A DNA stretch of 64,000 nt from the human T2T-CHM13v2.0 reference genome, Homo sapiens, in assembly GCF_009914755.1 (NCBI RefSeq), contig NC_060944.1; one strand, written 5' to 3'. The notes below the pieces were generated by a model. The model did no database searches. It worked only from the letters and a program-made list of their open reading frames with translations, and was not told where the DNA came from. Below are positions 29,060 through 42,853 of this stretch, in pieces. A program made the position numbers and the translations under genes. The stretch's first letter is position 1; each line of letters starts with the position of its first letter.

Positions 29060-32000
29060 TGTAACAGCGATTCTAAAATGAGTTCCCAAAAATGAAGTTT
29101 CAGAAATATTCTGGGCCATAAAAGACTATTGAGTATCTAAGAAAAAGTTGGAAATAGAAAAGCTTAAAAAATGAAATCTGCAGAATGAAAAGGAGGTGGC
29201 AAATATAAAAATAATGAATTGAAAAGTGAAAAAATATTTTCAAATTGATTAATAACTTTAAGTACTTTTTGGAAACACTACATAAAGAAGGAAGAAAACA
29301 CAAGTGCATAAAATTTAAAATGGCATAAAGGAAATGAGAGTTATATTAGAAATTAAAAGAATAATAAGATAGTGCTTCATAAAGCTCTACAAAAATGCAT
29401 GTTAACAATTCTCAAAATTTGAGGAACCAAGTGTTAACAAAAGTGATTCTACAGAAGAGATGAAACTCGTTGATGAATAACTATGAAAATTATATAGAAA
29501 ATTATTAAAAAGGTATAGCAAAAAGAAATTTCCAGACTCAAATGGTTTTCAAAGGGAGAATTCTTCTGAAATTTTAAAGAACCAATTTACTAATTACTTA
29601 AGCTTTCCAAAACAGAGAAGTAATGCAGCCTCCAAATTTTTTATACAAAGACAATGTAACATCTAAGTTGAAATTTGATAGAGATGATGAAATAGGACAA
29701 ACTTATAACAGTCTTATGTAATATAATCGTACTACTGTTGGGGCCAAAACATTAAATGTTAGCCAAATGAATGGTGGTATATTGAAATAATTGTGTGTCA
29801 TTAATCAAGAATATGTATTTTTCAAATAAATATTCAGCATCAAGTTAAATGATAAAAATTTTGAATTTTTACATTCTTATTATGAATAAGATAGTAATGC
29901 CTACTATCCCCGCCATTAAAATTATTCTAGAAATAGCACATGTAATTCAATATGAGAAATGAGAATTAAAGGTATAGGTATTGGTAAGGAAGAGACAAAA
30001 ATTATTGTTAGTTCTATTCCTAAGGGACTTTATCTCAGGTATCCCTCTCTGACAACATAATTGAGAAGAGAAATGAGCAAGAGTCAGATTATCCAGGAGG
30101 CCGTGTCTAGGGTTCTTATGTGATTTATGTCTCTGATTTATGTAAATATTGACAAATATAGATTAATCTCTAGATGGTAGAAAAACCAAAGGAGGAGCCC
30201 CTGCTCACAGAGAAAATAAAAGATGAATTCAATGTTTCTTAGATCCAGCTTAATCTAAACCATGGGGCATTAAATCTTTTTAGAAAAAAAATTATCATTA
30301 GTTGCTGCTTATGTAATTGTATACCTAGTAAATGCAGTGGAATCAACTGAGAAATGTGCAAAATAATTAGTTAATATAGAAAAGTACCAGGAACAAAATC
30401 ATTAGCTTTGATTCTTCATCTTTTCTATTTGGTCAGTTTAATTATATACAGAAAATAGATGTCAATGTATTTGGATGAGTTTTATAAAGTATTATGTTAT
30501 CATTAATTTCATTTTCTCTATATCTGTTATTACCCTGTTATGATTTTAACTGTTGTGTACATGTCTTTGTGTTCTGCCTTTTTCATTTTTATTATGCTTC
30601 ATTTTTCAAAAGGTCTAAAACTCACTGATCAATTCTACTATTATTTTTCTTTGTTTTCCATCTTTCCTGTCACCTTCCTTTTGATTTCCATGGAAGTAGT
30701 TAGTCATTCTTCTCAATTCTTTATTTGGATGCTCAATGTTCTCTCCATTGGCAAGGCCACTTCTGGAACTTGATATTTGGAGATTTCTTTGAAGTTAACA
30801 TTCTTTTCTTTGGAATATTTTAAATGGTCACAAATACTCTTCTATTTATTTTCATTGGGTAATACAAAAAAGTAGTTAAGTTTATCTAAAGAAAGCTTAG
30901 CTGATATACACTGGTTGACCAAGGTAGGCCATGTCAATCTGTATAAAAAAAACCATGTGTCACTATGAAGTAAATGAGACATTGTCTCTTGTGGGCAATT
31001 TTAAAAAAAAAAGGATGTTCAAAATATGTTTTTAATAAAGTCTGATTATGTTTCTTTTCAGTAGCTAACATTCATTTAGATGTGTAAGCATCATTTGGGG
31101 GGATGTATAATTTTTAAGAATTCATTACAAGTATCACAAAAGATAAACACACATAAAGAATTATATAAAAATTAGTAGCATTGTAAACAACCCAAAGCAG
31201 TTAGAAAATACAATGGGAGAAATAATCCATTTATAATAGCAACAAGAAAAGTAAAATGCCTGGTATTAAAGTTAACCAGAAATGTGAAGGACCCATATGA
31301 AGAAAACTTGAAGCTCTAAAGATAACATAAAAGAATTCTTAGTAAAATTAGAGATACAGGTATTCTTTATAGGAAACCACAATATTATACATTGACAAAC
31401 TGACAAATCTCAGTTTAGTAAGCTGCAAATTCAATGTCTTAACACTCCATCCAAATTTATTTTTGTACTTGACAAAATAACACAAAGTTCATCATGAAAA
31501 ATAAAAGTGAAAAATGCTTTGAAATGTTTCGAAAAGGAAAATGAATGAGCTGGAAATAGTATTATCTATATAAAAATAGCCAACAAGGCTGTACTAGCTT
31601 AATCAGCTTGACACTAGAGAACCAATAGATTGTGAGAGAATGTTCCCAGATTCTCCAGATTCAGAGGTAATACTGGCATTCAAATCATTGGGAAAAGAGC
31701 TTTTTCACTAGGTGGTGCCGGGACAAGGTACTAACTGCATGCAAAAACAAAAATTGGATGGTAGTCTCATTTCTCTTACCAAAGTAAATTACAGAAAGTA
31801 AAAATTAAACTATGACAGTTTGAGGAAAAACATGAGTGAATTTATTTAAAATTTTGGAATTAGTGGAAAGTCTTTCCATGAAGGACACAAGACACAGAGC
31901 ACAAAAGAGAAAACATTAACAAATCTATAAAGTTACAACCAACTAAAAAAAAATCTGAACTAATAAAAATACAGTCTAAACATGTGACAGGTCGAGACTA

Positions 32001-32760
32001 ATTTTCTTAATTTGCAAAATTTTATACAAATTAGTAAGGAAAAAATACACTTAACCCAAGGGAAAATGGACAAGTTGCTGAAAAAGAAATACAAATGGAC
32101 AATAAAAACGTAAGAGGACCATCTTTGCCTTCCTAATTAAAGAAAGGCGAATAAACAATAATGAGATGTCATGTTTTAATCAATCAGATTGATAGCAGTT
32201 AAAAAAAGTTAGATAATATCCAGTGTCAAATGAGGATCCAGAAAAATAGCCACTGTTAATACATTGTTGCTTGAGGTGTAAATTGGCTCGACCTCTTTGT
32301 CAGACATTTAGGTCATATGCGCAGAAGTCTGGAATATACATTTCTTCATGACTTTGTGATGCCTCTGATGGGAATTTATTCAATAGTATATTCACACATG
32401 TTTTCTAAGATGTACTAGCAAGAATGCTTACTGTAAAACATACAAACTGAAAATACTAGAAATGATCACATAACGGACCTGGCTGAACCATTAAGGTATA
32501 TGGCACAACTGCTGAAAGGCTAAATAATCTTAAAACATGAAGCGTATCTCTTAATCTTAAAACATGAAGCGTATCTCTAAGTGCAGATATGAAAACACCT
32601 ACAAGATAAATGACGTCATTTAAAAATTAAAGTGACGATCACTGTGTATAATGTGGTTCATTTTGTATAAAAAAAGACTGTGTGTGTGTGTGCATGCGCA
32701 TGTGTGTGATTAAAATATATCTGGAAAGAGGTGAGATATTGAACTCCGATTGCCTTTGTG
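29060..32760 (+). mobile_element. Ancient L1M ORF2/3' region, decayed and interrupted
   Basis: Colinear degenerate ORF2 landmarks (ccagactcaaatggtttt, gtatacctag, taaccagaaatgtgaagg, aaaagaaatacaaatgg, atgagatgtcat); interruptions at 30014-30290 and ~30410-31120. Confidence 0.65.
32525..32578. repeat. Perfect 27-bp tandem duplication
   Basis: taatcttaaaacatgaagcgtatctct x2. Confidence 0.95.
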
Positions 32761-32767
32761 TAGAATA

Positions 32768-32940
32768 CTTGTTCTCAGATTTCAGTGTGCATCACAATCA
32801 CCAGGAAGGTTTGTTAAAACCCAGGTCCCCACCGTAGAGACTCTGATTCAGTGAATCTGGGGTGAAGCCTAAGAATTTGTATTTCTAACAGTTTCCCAGG
32901 TGATACTGCTGCCTCTGTTCCAGGCACCACACTATGTAGA
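32768..32940. mobile_element. MER5A hAT-Charlie MITE
   Basis: gtgcatcacaatcacc...ctgattcagt...atttctaacagtttcccaggtgat...accacact. Confidence 0.75.
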
Positions 32941-33327
32941 CCCTCTATGGAGAGGAACTAGGCTTTTCACTTGATATCTTCCTGTTCATTTAATTTTTAG
33001 AAATAGTATATGTATTTCTTTTGTTTTTCCTTTAAGATCAAAAGCAGCAATCTGAATTGTAAGATTCTGGGGCATTTTAATTTTTTCTTTATACTTAATC
33101 ACATTTTAAAAAGCCATACTGTTAAAAAAAATTCTACCAAATAAGATCAAATCCACTGCTTTTTAGTTGCTCCTTAAATATTTTGTTTGGTAATTCATTT
33201 CCTTAAGAATAGACTTAGTGAAATATTAAATTTTTCTTATATGTATTCCTCCTAGGTAGATCCTTGTATCATAATTTGAACTCAGAAGTTAGATTGGCTT
33301 GTGTGGTATGCCAAGAAATAAAAATAT

Positions 33328-33525
33328 TTTAAGAATATTGGGGATTTACATTATTTTATATTATATATAATATATATCATAACATCTATATTATATAAAT
33401 AAATATATAATTTTATTATATTATATTAAGAATGGGGATTTACATTATTTTATATAATATATAATATAAAAATTAGTGGCAAATATAAAAGATAATAAAA
33501 GATATTTTATATATAATATATTTAA
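33328..33525. repeat. AT-rich low-complexity region with internal duplication
   Basis: tggggatttacattattttata occurs twice (~33338 and ~33433) within (TA)-rich sequence. Confidence 0.8.
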
Positions 33526-34619
33526 AAGAATGAAAGAACCGTCACCATTTTCTGTAAAATAAGAATGACAATATGCAGCATGCAACAGCTATCATAGAGA
33601 ACCACTTAAGATGACAGACAACATGGCAAATCCTTAAGGAAGACTCCTGGCATTGGGATATGCTGTCTTATTTGTATTTCTGTTAATACAGCTTTATGAT
33701 TGCATTGCATTTCTGGGTTTGAACTTTGTAAAGATTTAGAGCAATAACAACAACGACAACAAATGGATTGTCCAATTCTATCCACTCCTTTTTTTCTTTT
33801 AGCAAGTCATATTCCTGTAATCTTCTCTTGCTATTATTTTTCTTTTGTTAAGATTTATATTATTTTTTATTTATTCAGCGTTCATTATATAGTCTCCCTT
33901 AGGAGCACTGAATAACACATACAAACAAATATGAAATAGCTAAAAATTTGAATCCCTGTCTTGCCAACCCTCATATCTTCAGCTGGGGCAGAAAACCTGA
34001 GCAAACAGGCATTGCACTAGACCGTGTCGGCAGCAAAGCAAGCTGTAGTCAGGTTCCCAAGGGAATGAATTCTTATGTTTTGTTTTCCATACCAAGACCA
34101 TTTTTTCTCCTTTCCCCTAAAGATCAAATCTGGTGGTTCATTAGCTATTCTGGCTGATCTCAGCTTCCTCTGTGCATGCTCTTGTCTTCCCATCCCCACA
34201 ACTCCAGGGGTTTGATAGAACAAGGTTAATACTCGGAATCACGGTCAGGAGCAAATTGATTGCAAGTGGAGGATGTAAAGCTTGTCTGTCACCATCTCCT
34301 TATGGCCTCAAGTTAAGCAGGCGGTTTGCATCAAGTGAAGCTTTAAAAGTCTCTTTTTTAACTGACATCCGTAACAGAGAACGCTATTTCTCTCAAACCA
34401 TATGCCACTAACGCCTGATTAGCTATGATCAGATAGACCGATAGATACACTATTAAAAAGAATTGAACCCCGTGGCTAGTTCCTATGAATGTTGAATAAG
34501 TAATTAATGTCTTCCTCTTTCCTACCCCCCACCCAACCAGTCTGCTGTTATTTAATTTAACAAGCATTTGACGGAGCATATCTTGTATGCTAGGTAGGTA
34601 CTAAGAAAAGATCTCCTTG

Positions 34620-34715
34620 TCTGCACAATTCCAAAAGTTGCCATTTATATGGATTTTAATGTGAATAGTGCCCCCAGGGAGTTGTGCAATTGCAACCTTC
34701 CTAGCCATTCATGTC
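34620..34715. mobile_element. MER91-like palindromic hAT MITE remnant
   Basis: tgcacaattcc...ccattt...gtgaatagtgcccccagggagttgtgca, imperfect palindrome. Confidence 0.55.
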
Positions 34716-36641
34716 ACTAAGCTAGGCCAAAGGAGGGGGAATTGTTGTGACGAGTTATAAGACATCATTTGTGCCTTGTCAGAGTTCACATAGGAGAACG
34801 GTTAGTGGGGAAAGAGGTACAGCCACAGGTTACTATAAGTCATAAATCAAGATACATTTATGTTTCTATAGATATCTGACTAAAGGGGTGTGGGATCAGC
34901 AATGAGGGTGTAGTAAATTCTGCTTGGGATGGGGTGCAGGAATCAAGAAAGGCATCAAAGAGAAGACGACATTTGATTTGGGCGTTTGAGAATGCGTCAC
35001 ACTCAGAGCCAAGGGGAGTGGGAGGGTAGGCCATGGTGTAGTTGGAAATAACAAGAATGCCACTGTTGCCCGCCATTGTCTGGAGTGAATGCCAGCCGGG
35101 AATCATTTAAACACTTTCTCTTGTAATTTGAAGGACACAAACCATGGCTTCTCTCTCAGTGAAAGACCATTATTCTCTAAATTGTTTAATCTGTAGTCCC
35201 GATTTATTAAGATATGTGTGGCTTGTCTTGGGAGTCTGAGTAATCACTGACATTGTATAGGGGAATACATTTGCATGGCATTATAAGAATGTCAAGTTGT
35301 CTTTCAAAACTGAGTATAGATAAAAGGCTCACCAATGCCTGGGCCATCTCTGAGTGCCGACTGTGGGAACATCCGTTGGTGGCATTCGTTCTACTGTATG
35401 CACACATTTCAATCAGCCCAAAAGGCCTCCTGTCCACAGAAGGCTGGACAGTCCTTACCTCTCACTCATAATGCCACATTAGCATTTCTATTCTCATGCT
35501 CTGTGGTCATAAGAGGCTGGGAGATCTTCGGAGAGACATTTCTCAACCTGTAGACACAAAAGGGGTGCTTTGAGCTCTTTGAAGGGCAGCATTTCAGTGG
35601 GGGTGCATCTGTTAAAAGACTGTGTTGCACCCCAACACCTCTGGAGACTGAAAGGGAAGCAATTTGGGATAGCAGAAATGGACGCAGGTATTAATGGAAG
35701 GAGATTGTAATAAGGAATGTAAAGAAATGGAATACACATACACTGCCTTATCTGAGCCATTTTCCATAGTGGTGTTAACTATAAGAAGCCCACGTTAATA
35801 CTCTGAAAATCTATCCCCTTCAATCCCTGCAGCTATACTTCCTGCTAAGACGCAAGGCAGATGGACACATTTTGAGGCTCAGGCCAAAATTCATTGAGCT
35901 CTCTAATTTTAAGAATTTTGAACTTTCCTACCACACACACACAAATTTTAGAAGTCTTTTCCTCTTGATGTACACATTTGTTTCAAGATTGTGCCTTTCA
36001 AAACCTTTGCACGTAACAAATAGTTTTGAGTATGCAATTAAATAAAGAAGTTATTTAATATTAGCTGTGATTGAATGTGCAGGCTCTAAAATCAGATTCC
36101 CTGGGTTGATATGCACAGTATGCCAACTGAAACAGTCACCTCTCTTAATGGACCTTAGTCTTCCCCTCTGAGAAACAGGGATTATGGTCAAAAGTATAAG
36201 AGGTCATGTCAGCAGAGTGCCGGGCATTTGGCAAATGCTCAATAATACTTAGAATTATTATCTCCTGAAAATTTCTTTGGTGTCAGATGCCATCAAATGT
36301 AACTTCTAAATAACATGAAATGAGTACTGGTAACAGTGAATTGACACGATTCTAGCCAAAAGCAAGCAAACTTGACTTTTCACATAGTTTATAGTATCTC
36401 TTCAAGGCCAAGTTTGCTTTGTGAGATTCACTTTTTTTGAAATGTTGAGAATAACATATATATTTGAATGCCTGTTATATATACGAGCTAGGAGTGTGTT
36501 TGACTGCAATTAATAGTGTTCTAAATAATTAGCAGTATATTTTCTTACGTATCAAGGTAGGAGTTTGTTGTCCTTGATTTAGGTGCTCAAAAATGTCCTT
36601 GAGGAACCAGCTGTTTCTGTCATTTTCTTCTAGCAACCTGA

Positions 36642-36971
<330 letters not shown>

Positions 36972-37297
36972 TTGGGGTTCTATCTTTATGCTAGTGACCC
37001 CATGGTTACAAAGTAGCTGTGATATCCAGGCCTCCTACCAGCATCACAAGCCAAAAAGAGCTCAAGGCTCATCATCGGATGGTCATTTTTTATCAGCAAA
37101 GTAAAAGCTTCTTAGATATATCCCCAGCAGAGTCTTCCTTATATCTCATGGGCTAAAACTGTCATGTAGCCACGCATAGCTACAAGGGAAGCTGGAAAAG
37201 CAAGTAAAGAATTATCCTGAGTAGACTAATCATAATCTACCAACTAAGGGTTGGGATGTTGCAGCCTTAAAAATAATCAGGGTTCTATTAGCATAGA

Positions 37298-37478
37298 GCA
37301 ATGGTTCTCAAACTTCAGTGAGCATCAAAATCACCTGAAGGGCTTACTAAAGCAAAATTTTGAGTCCCACTGCCAGAATTTCTAATTCAGTAGGTCTGGA
37401 CTAGGGCTCAACAATGTGCATTTCTAACAAGTTCCCAAGTGATAGTGATGCTGTTATCTGGGATCACACTTTGAGATC
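37298..37478. mobile_element. MER5A MITE
   Basis: caatggttctcaaactt...gcatcaaaatcacctgaagggctt...catttctaacaagttcccaagtgat...cacactttgag. Confidence 0.8.
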
Positions 37479-37489
37479 TTCTGTATAAA

Positions 37490-37660
37490 GTCACAGACTT
37501 TTTCTGTAAAGAGTCATATAGTAAATATCTTATTTTTGGAAGTTATACATTCTGCACCAGAAATTTCAGTGCAAAAGCTGCCATAGACATTTCATGAATG
37601 AATGAGCATAGCTGTGTTTTGCTAAAACTTTATTTACAAAAACAGATGTGCACTGGCTTT
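37490..37660. mobile_element. MER58A MITE
   Basis: acttttctgtaaagag...tagtaaatat...gccatagaca...aaaactttatttacaaaaacag. Confidence 0.7.
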
Positions 37661-37694
37661 GGAATAGAGGATGATAGAAATTAATACTGCATAT

Positions 37695-38242
37695 TGTTTC
37701 AGTTATTGTGGTAGTATAGCAAATTATTCCACTTTATGTTCATGAATTCAGTGAATTATGAAAGAGCACAGTGGGGATGACTCTTCCCTGTCCCACAATG
37801 TCTGGGGCTTTAGGTGGGAAGATCCAAATGCCTGTGATTGGGTGCTTGGGGACTGGAATCAGCTGGAAGCTCCTTCATTCACATGTCTGGCACCTCAGCT
37901 AGGATGGCTAGGATACCCGCTCTGCCCTGACTCTGGATCAGAACACCTACCTGTTGCCTCTCTTTGGGACTGAGATTCTCACAGCATGGTGTCTGAGTTC
38001 TAAGAGGGAAACTGCCAAGAAAACCAGGGAGAGGTTTATGGTCTTCATGGACCTGCCCTGGAAAGTCACGAGCATCACTTGCATCTCATTCTATTGGTAA
38101 AAAGTAAGTCACAAGCCTGCTCAAATTCAAAGGGAGAATTAAACTTCACCTTGACAAGGAAATGACATGGTCACATTATAGAAGGGTATGTATGATGGGA
38201 GATATTTTTTGTAGCTACCTTTGGAAAATACATTTTGCCATA
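37695..38242 (-). mobile_element. MLT1-family MaLR LTR
   Basis: ttcacatgtctggcacctcagctaggatggc...ctattggtaaaaagtaagtcacaagcctgctcaaattcaa...tttggaaaataca. Confidence 0.75.
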
Positions 38243-40146
38243 AGCAGACACATACCAATGTCTGTTGCCTCCCTCAGACAGATTACTGAGGCTCTAGATA
38301 CCTCATTAGAAGCCTGTGTCCCAGCATCAGAGCACAGAATGTAGGTCTATCAGAGCATGATATGGGAGGATTTCTGGGTATGACCACTAAGTTTTACCTG
38401 GCCAATACAACTGCTTTTCTATGGCCCCATTGCCTGTCTAGTCAGCCAGACAGTATTGATTTTTTATTTCAGCAGGACCTTGGCTAGGTTTTCGGGGATA
38501 GAATGAAAACAAATGAACAAAGAAAGAAACCCGGGGTATGTATCATCCATCATCCAACATCATTATTTAGCAAAGACCTTTAATTTCTTTTGTGTGTAAG
38601 AGTAATGCCAAGAACTGCCAAGTTCAAGGCACCAACTCTTCTCTTCAAAGAGCTTATGATCTTTTGGGAAATTGGGCCTATAGTTTTAAAAAAGATAAAT
38701 ATCAATGAAGAGGCATCTGGTATGTCAAAAGAAACACTTTATATTGATATATAATAATTGTACATATTTATAGGGTACCTGTGATATTGGGATACCTGCA
38801 CACAATGTGTAATATCCCTCACCTCAAGCGTTTATCATTTATTTGTGTTGGGAACATTTCAAATCTTCTAGCTATTTTTAATTAGGTAATAATTTATCAT
38901 TAACTAGAGTTATTCTAATGAGCTATCAAATGCTAGAACTTATTCTTTCTATCTAATTCTCTAATATGTTTGTACCCATTAACCAACCTCCCTTCATTCC
39001 TCCTCCCACCCACACTTTCCAGCCTCTGGGAACCATCATTCTATCCCTCCTCCATAAGATTAATTTTTTAGCTTCCACATATGAGTGAAAACACACAGTA
39101 TTTGTCTTTTTGTGTCTGGGCGATTTCACTTAAAATAATGCCTCCACCTCTATTCCTGTTTCTTGCAAATAACAGAATTTCATTATTTTTATGACAGAAC
39201 AGTATTCCATTGTGTATATAAACATATTTTATTTATCCATTCATTCGTTAATGGACAGTAAGGTTGATTCCCCACCTTGACTATGTTAACAGTGCAGCAA
39301 TAAACAGGTGAGTGCAGGCATCCCTTTAAAATATTTGATTTCCTTTCCTTTTGATAAGTAATCAGTAGTGGGACTGCTATATCATATGGTAGTTCTGCCT
39401 CTATATTGTTTTGCATAATGGCTATACTAATTTATATTTCCACCAATAGTTTATAAGAGTTCCCTTTTCTCTGCATCCTTGTCAACACTTTTTTTTCTTT
39501 TTCTTTTTTTCGTCTGTTCATTTGATAATAGCTACGCTGATTGGAGTGTAGTGGTATATTATTGTGGTTTTGATTTGTATTGCCTTGATGACTCATGATG
39601 TTGAGCAATTTTCATATGCCTGTTGGCCATTTGTATGTCTTCTTTTGAGAAATGTCCATTCAGATTTTGGCCTGCTTTTTAATGGAATTCTTTGTTTCTT
39701 TTTGCTGTTGAGTTGTTTTGAGTTCTTTGTATATTCTGGGTATTAGCAGCTTGTTGATAGTTTGCAGATATTTTCTTCCATTCTGTAAGTTATCTCTTCA
39801 CTTTGTTGATAGTTTCCTTTGCTGTGCAGAAGCTTTTTAATTTAATATGGTCCCATTTGCCTATTTTTTTGTTTTTTGCCTGTGCCTATGAAGTCTGAGC
39901 CACAAAGTCTTTGCCTAGACCAATGTCCTGAAGCATTTCCCCTATGTTTTCTTCTAGTAGTTTTTATAGTTTCAGGTTTTATATCTATATCTTTAATTCA
40001 TTTTGAGTTAATTTTTGTATAAGAGATAAAGGTCTAGTTTTATTCCTCTGCATAGGGATATTCAGTTTTCCCAACACCATATATTAAAGAGGATGTCCTT
40101 TCCCCAATGTATGTTCTTAATGCCTTTGTTGAAAATCAGTTGGCTG

Positions 40147-40787
40147 AGCCACCCCGTCCGGGAGGTGAGGGGCGCCTCTGCCCGGCCGCCCCTACTGGGA
40201 AGCGAGGAGCCCCTCTGCCCGGCCACCACCCCGTCTGGGAGGTGTACTCAACAGCTCATTGAGAACAGGCCATGATGACAATGGCGGTTTTGTGGAATAG
40301 AAAGGGGGGAAAGGAGGGGAAAAGATTGAGAAATCGGATGGTTGCTGTGTCTGTGTAGAAAGAGGTAGACATGGGAGACTTTTCATTTTGTTCTGTACTA
40401 AGAAAAATTCTTCTGCCTTGGGAACCTGTTGATCTGTGACCTTACCCCCAACCCTGTGCTCTCTGAAACATGTGCTGTGTCCACTCAGGGTTGAATGGAT
40501 TAAGGGTGGTGCAAGATGTGCTTTGTTAAACAGATGCTTGAAGGCAGCATGCTCCTTAAGAGTCATCGCCACTCCCTAATCTCAAGTACCCAGGGACACA
40601 AACACTGCGGAAGTCCGCAGGGTCCTCTGCCTAGGAAAACCAGAGACCTTTGTTCACTTGTTTATCTGCTGACCTTCCCTCCACTATTGTCCTGTGACCC
40701 TGCCAAATCCCCCTCTGCGAGAAACACCCAAGAATGATCAATTAAAAAAAAAAAAAAAAAACGAAAAACAAAACAAACAAACAAAAA
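40147..40787 (+). mobile_element. SVA retrotransposon, 5'-truncated (end of VNTR plus complete SINE-R plus A-rich tail)
   Basis: VNTR units agccaccccgtccgggaggtgaggggcgcctctgcccggccgcc; SINE-R from ...acagctcattgagaac to gagaaacacccaagaatgatca; poly-A 40744-40761. Confidence 0.97.
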
Positions 40788-41051
40788 CTGGACAGTGGAT
40801 GGTATCCCAGGTTGAAGAAACAGCAGAAACAAAGACTGGGAGGGAGTAATGTACAAGTTGTGGTCTGGATAGTTGGGCTGGAGCAGAGGATGCTGGAGGA
40901 GGCTCAGCAGGGCAGGTATGACCGTCACAGCCACTGGCTGGCACTAGCCAATGCAGGGTTCTTCTGGGAACTCTGGGGTCCTGAAACTAAGGCAGCTGAG
41001 GAACTTCCAGAATGCTTTAATAAATTAATATCAAACATGAAAAAAAAAAAA
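40788..41051 (+). other. SVA-mediated 3' transduced segment with its own polyA signal and poly-A
   Basis: Non-SVA sequence 40788-41039, AATAAA 41019-41024, A12 41040-41051, all inside TSD gaaaatcagttggctg(a) 40131-40147 / 41052-41068. Confidence 0.92.
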
Positions 41052-42117
41052 GAAAATCAGTTGGCTGAAATACATGGACTTACTTCTGGAGTCTCTATTA
41101 TCTTCCATTAATCTACGCATCTGTTTTTATACCAGTACCATGGTGTTTGGGTTACTATAGGTTTGTAGTATATTTTGAAGTGAGATTGTATGATGCCTCC
41201 AGCTTTGTTCTTTTTGCTCAGAATTGCTCTGGCTATTCAGGGTCTTTTGTGGTCCTATATAAATTTAAGGCTTTTGGTCTATTTCTGTGAAAAATATCAT
41301 TGGCATTTTGATAAGCATTGCATTGAATCTCTAGATAGCTTTGTGTAGTGTGGACATTTTTATTATATCAGTTCTTCTGATTCATGAACAGGGGATGTCT
41401 TTCCCTTTGATTGTGCCCCTTTCATTTTCTTTCATTAGTGTTTTCTAGTTTTTATTGCAGAAGTCTTTAACATTCTTGGTTAAATTTATTCCTACATATT
41501 TCCTTTTATTTTATTGGCTATTATAAATTGAATTGCTTTCTTGATTTCTTTTTAGCTAATTCATTGTTGGTGTTTAGAAATGCTACTAATTTTTATATTA
41601 ATTTTGTATCCTGCAACTTTACTGAATTTGATTGTCGGATCTCAGAGTTTTTCAGTGAAATTTTTAGGTTAGTCTGTATATAAGATCATATCATCTGTGG
41701 GAAGGGACAAATTGACTTCCTCTGTTTTCAATTTGGATGACTTCCATTTATTTCCCTTGACTGATTGCTCTGGCTAGAAATTCCAATACTATGTTGAATC
41801 AGAGTGGTGAAAGTCATCTTCCTATTGTTCTAGTTATTTCAGCTTTCAGCTTTTCCCCCTTCAGTATGATGCCAGCTGTGGGTTTGTCATATATAGCTTT
41901 TATTATGTTGAGCTACCTTGCTACTATGTATAACTTGTTAAGAGTTTTTATAATGAAGGGATGTTGGATTTTATTGAATGCTTTTTCTGCATCTATTGAG
42001 ATGATCATATGGTTTCTGTCCTTCATTCTGTTGATGTGCTGTATCACATTTATTTGTGTATGTTGAACTGTCCTTGCATCCCTGGGATAAATATCACTTG
42101 ATCATTGTATATAAAGT

Positions 42118-42853
42118 TTTCAAATAAACACCCTAATGATGTACCTTATGTTTAATCCCTTAAGATATTAAAAAAGCAAGAACAAACCGAATCCAAAATT
42201 AACAGAAAAAGAAATAGTAAAGGTCCGAGCACAACTAACTGAAATCATGACTGAAAAGCAATACATTGGATCAATGAAGTGAAAAGTCGTTTTTTTGAAA
42301 AGATAAACAAAATAAATAAACTGCTAGCAAGACTAATCAAGAAAAAAGATAATATATCCAAATAAATCACATAAGAAATGAAAAATGAGACGTTACAACT
42401 GATACAACAAAAATACAAAGAATCATTAGAAATTATTATGAACAACTATACGCTAACAAACTGGAAAACCCAGAGGAAATGGATACTTTCCTGAACACCT
42501 ACAGTCTACCAAGATTAAAGCAGGAAGAAATAGAAAACCTGAACAATAATGAGTAATGAGATTAAATTGGTAATAAAAGGTTTCCCAATAAAGAAAAGCC
42601 CAGGACCAGATGGCTTATTGCTGAATTCTACCAAAGTTATAAAGAAAACTAGCACCAATTTTTCTCAAACTATTCCAAAGACTTAAAGAGGAGGGAATTC
42701 TTCCTAACTCACCCTATGAGGCTAGCATCACTCTGATACCAAAACCAGGCAAGGACACAATAAACAAAGAAAAATACAGGCCAATATCCCTGACGAAAGA
42801 TGCAAAACTCCTTAATAAAACATCAGCAGAGTGAATCCAACACATCAAAAAGA
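42118..42853 (+). mobile_element. Inverted 5' portion of the same L1MA (sense ORF2 segment)
   Basis: Sense ORF2 ending gaatccaacacatcaaaaaga, contiguous in the L1 consensus with the start of the antisense segment. Confidence 0.8.

Larger units (their letters stand above)
38740..42115 (-). mobile_element. L1MA-type LINE, non-inverted 3' portion (3' UTR and late ORF2), interrupted by SVA
   Basis: Antisense L1MA 3' end (ataataattgtacatatttatagggtac) and colinear antisense ORF2 up to ...cctgggataaatatcacttgatca. Confidence 0.88.

Noticed and set aside
34662-34682. CTCF-like motif in the MER91 remnant (ccctgggggcacta on -)
   Set aside because: Partial match only; cannot be supported without a PWM score or ChIP data.
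40192-40572. 126-aa antisense ORF and neighbouring ORFs in the SVA
   Set aside because: Generic SINE-R translation found in many SVA copies.
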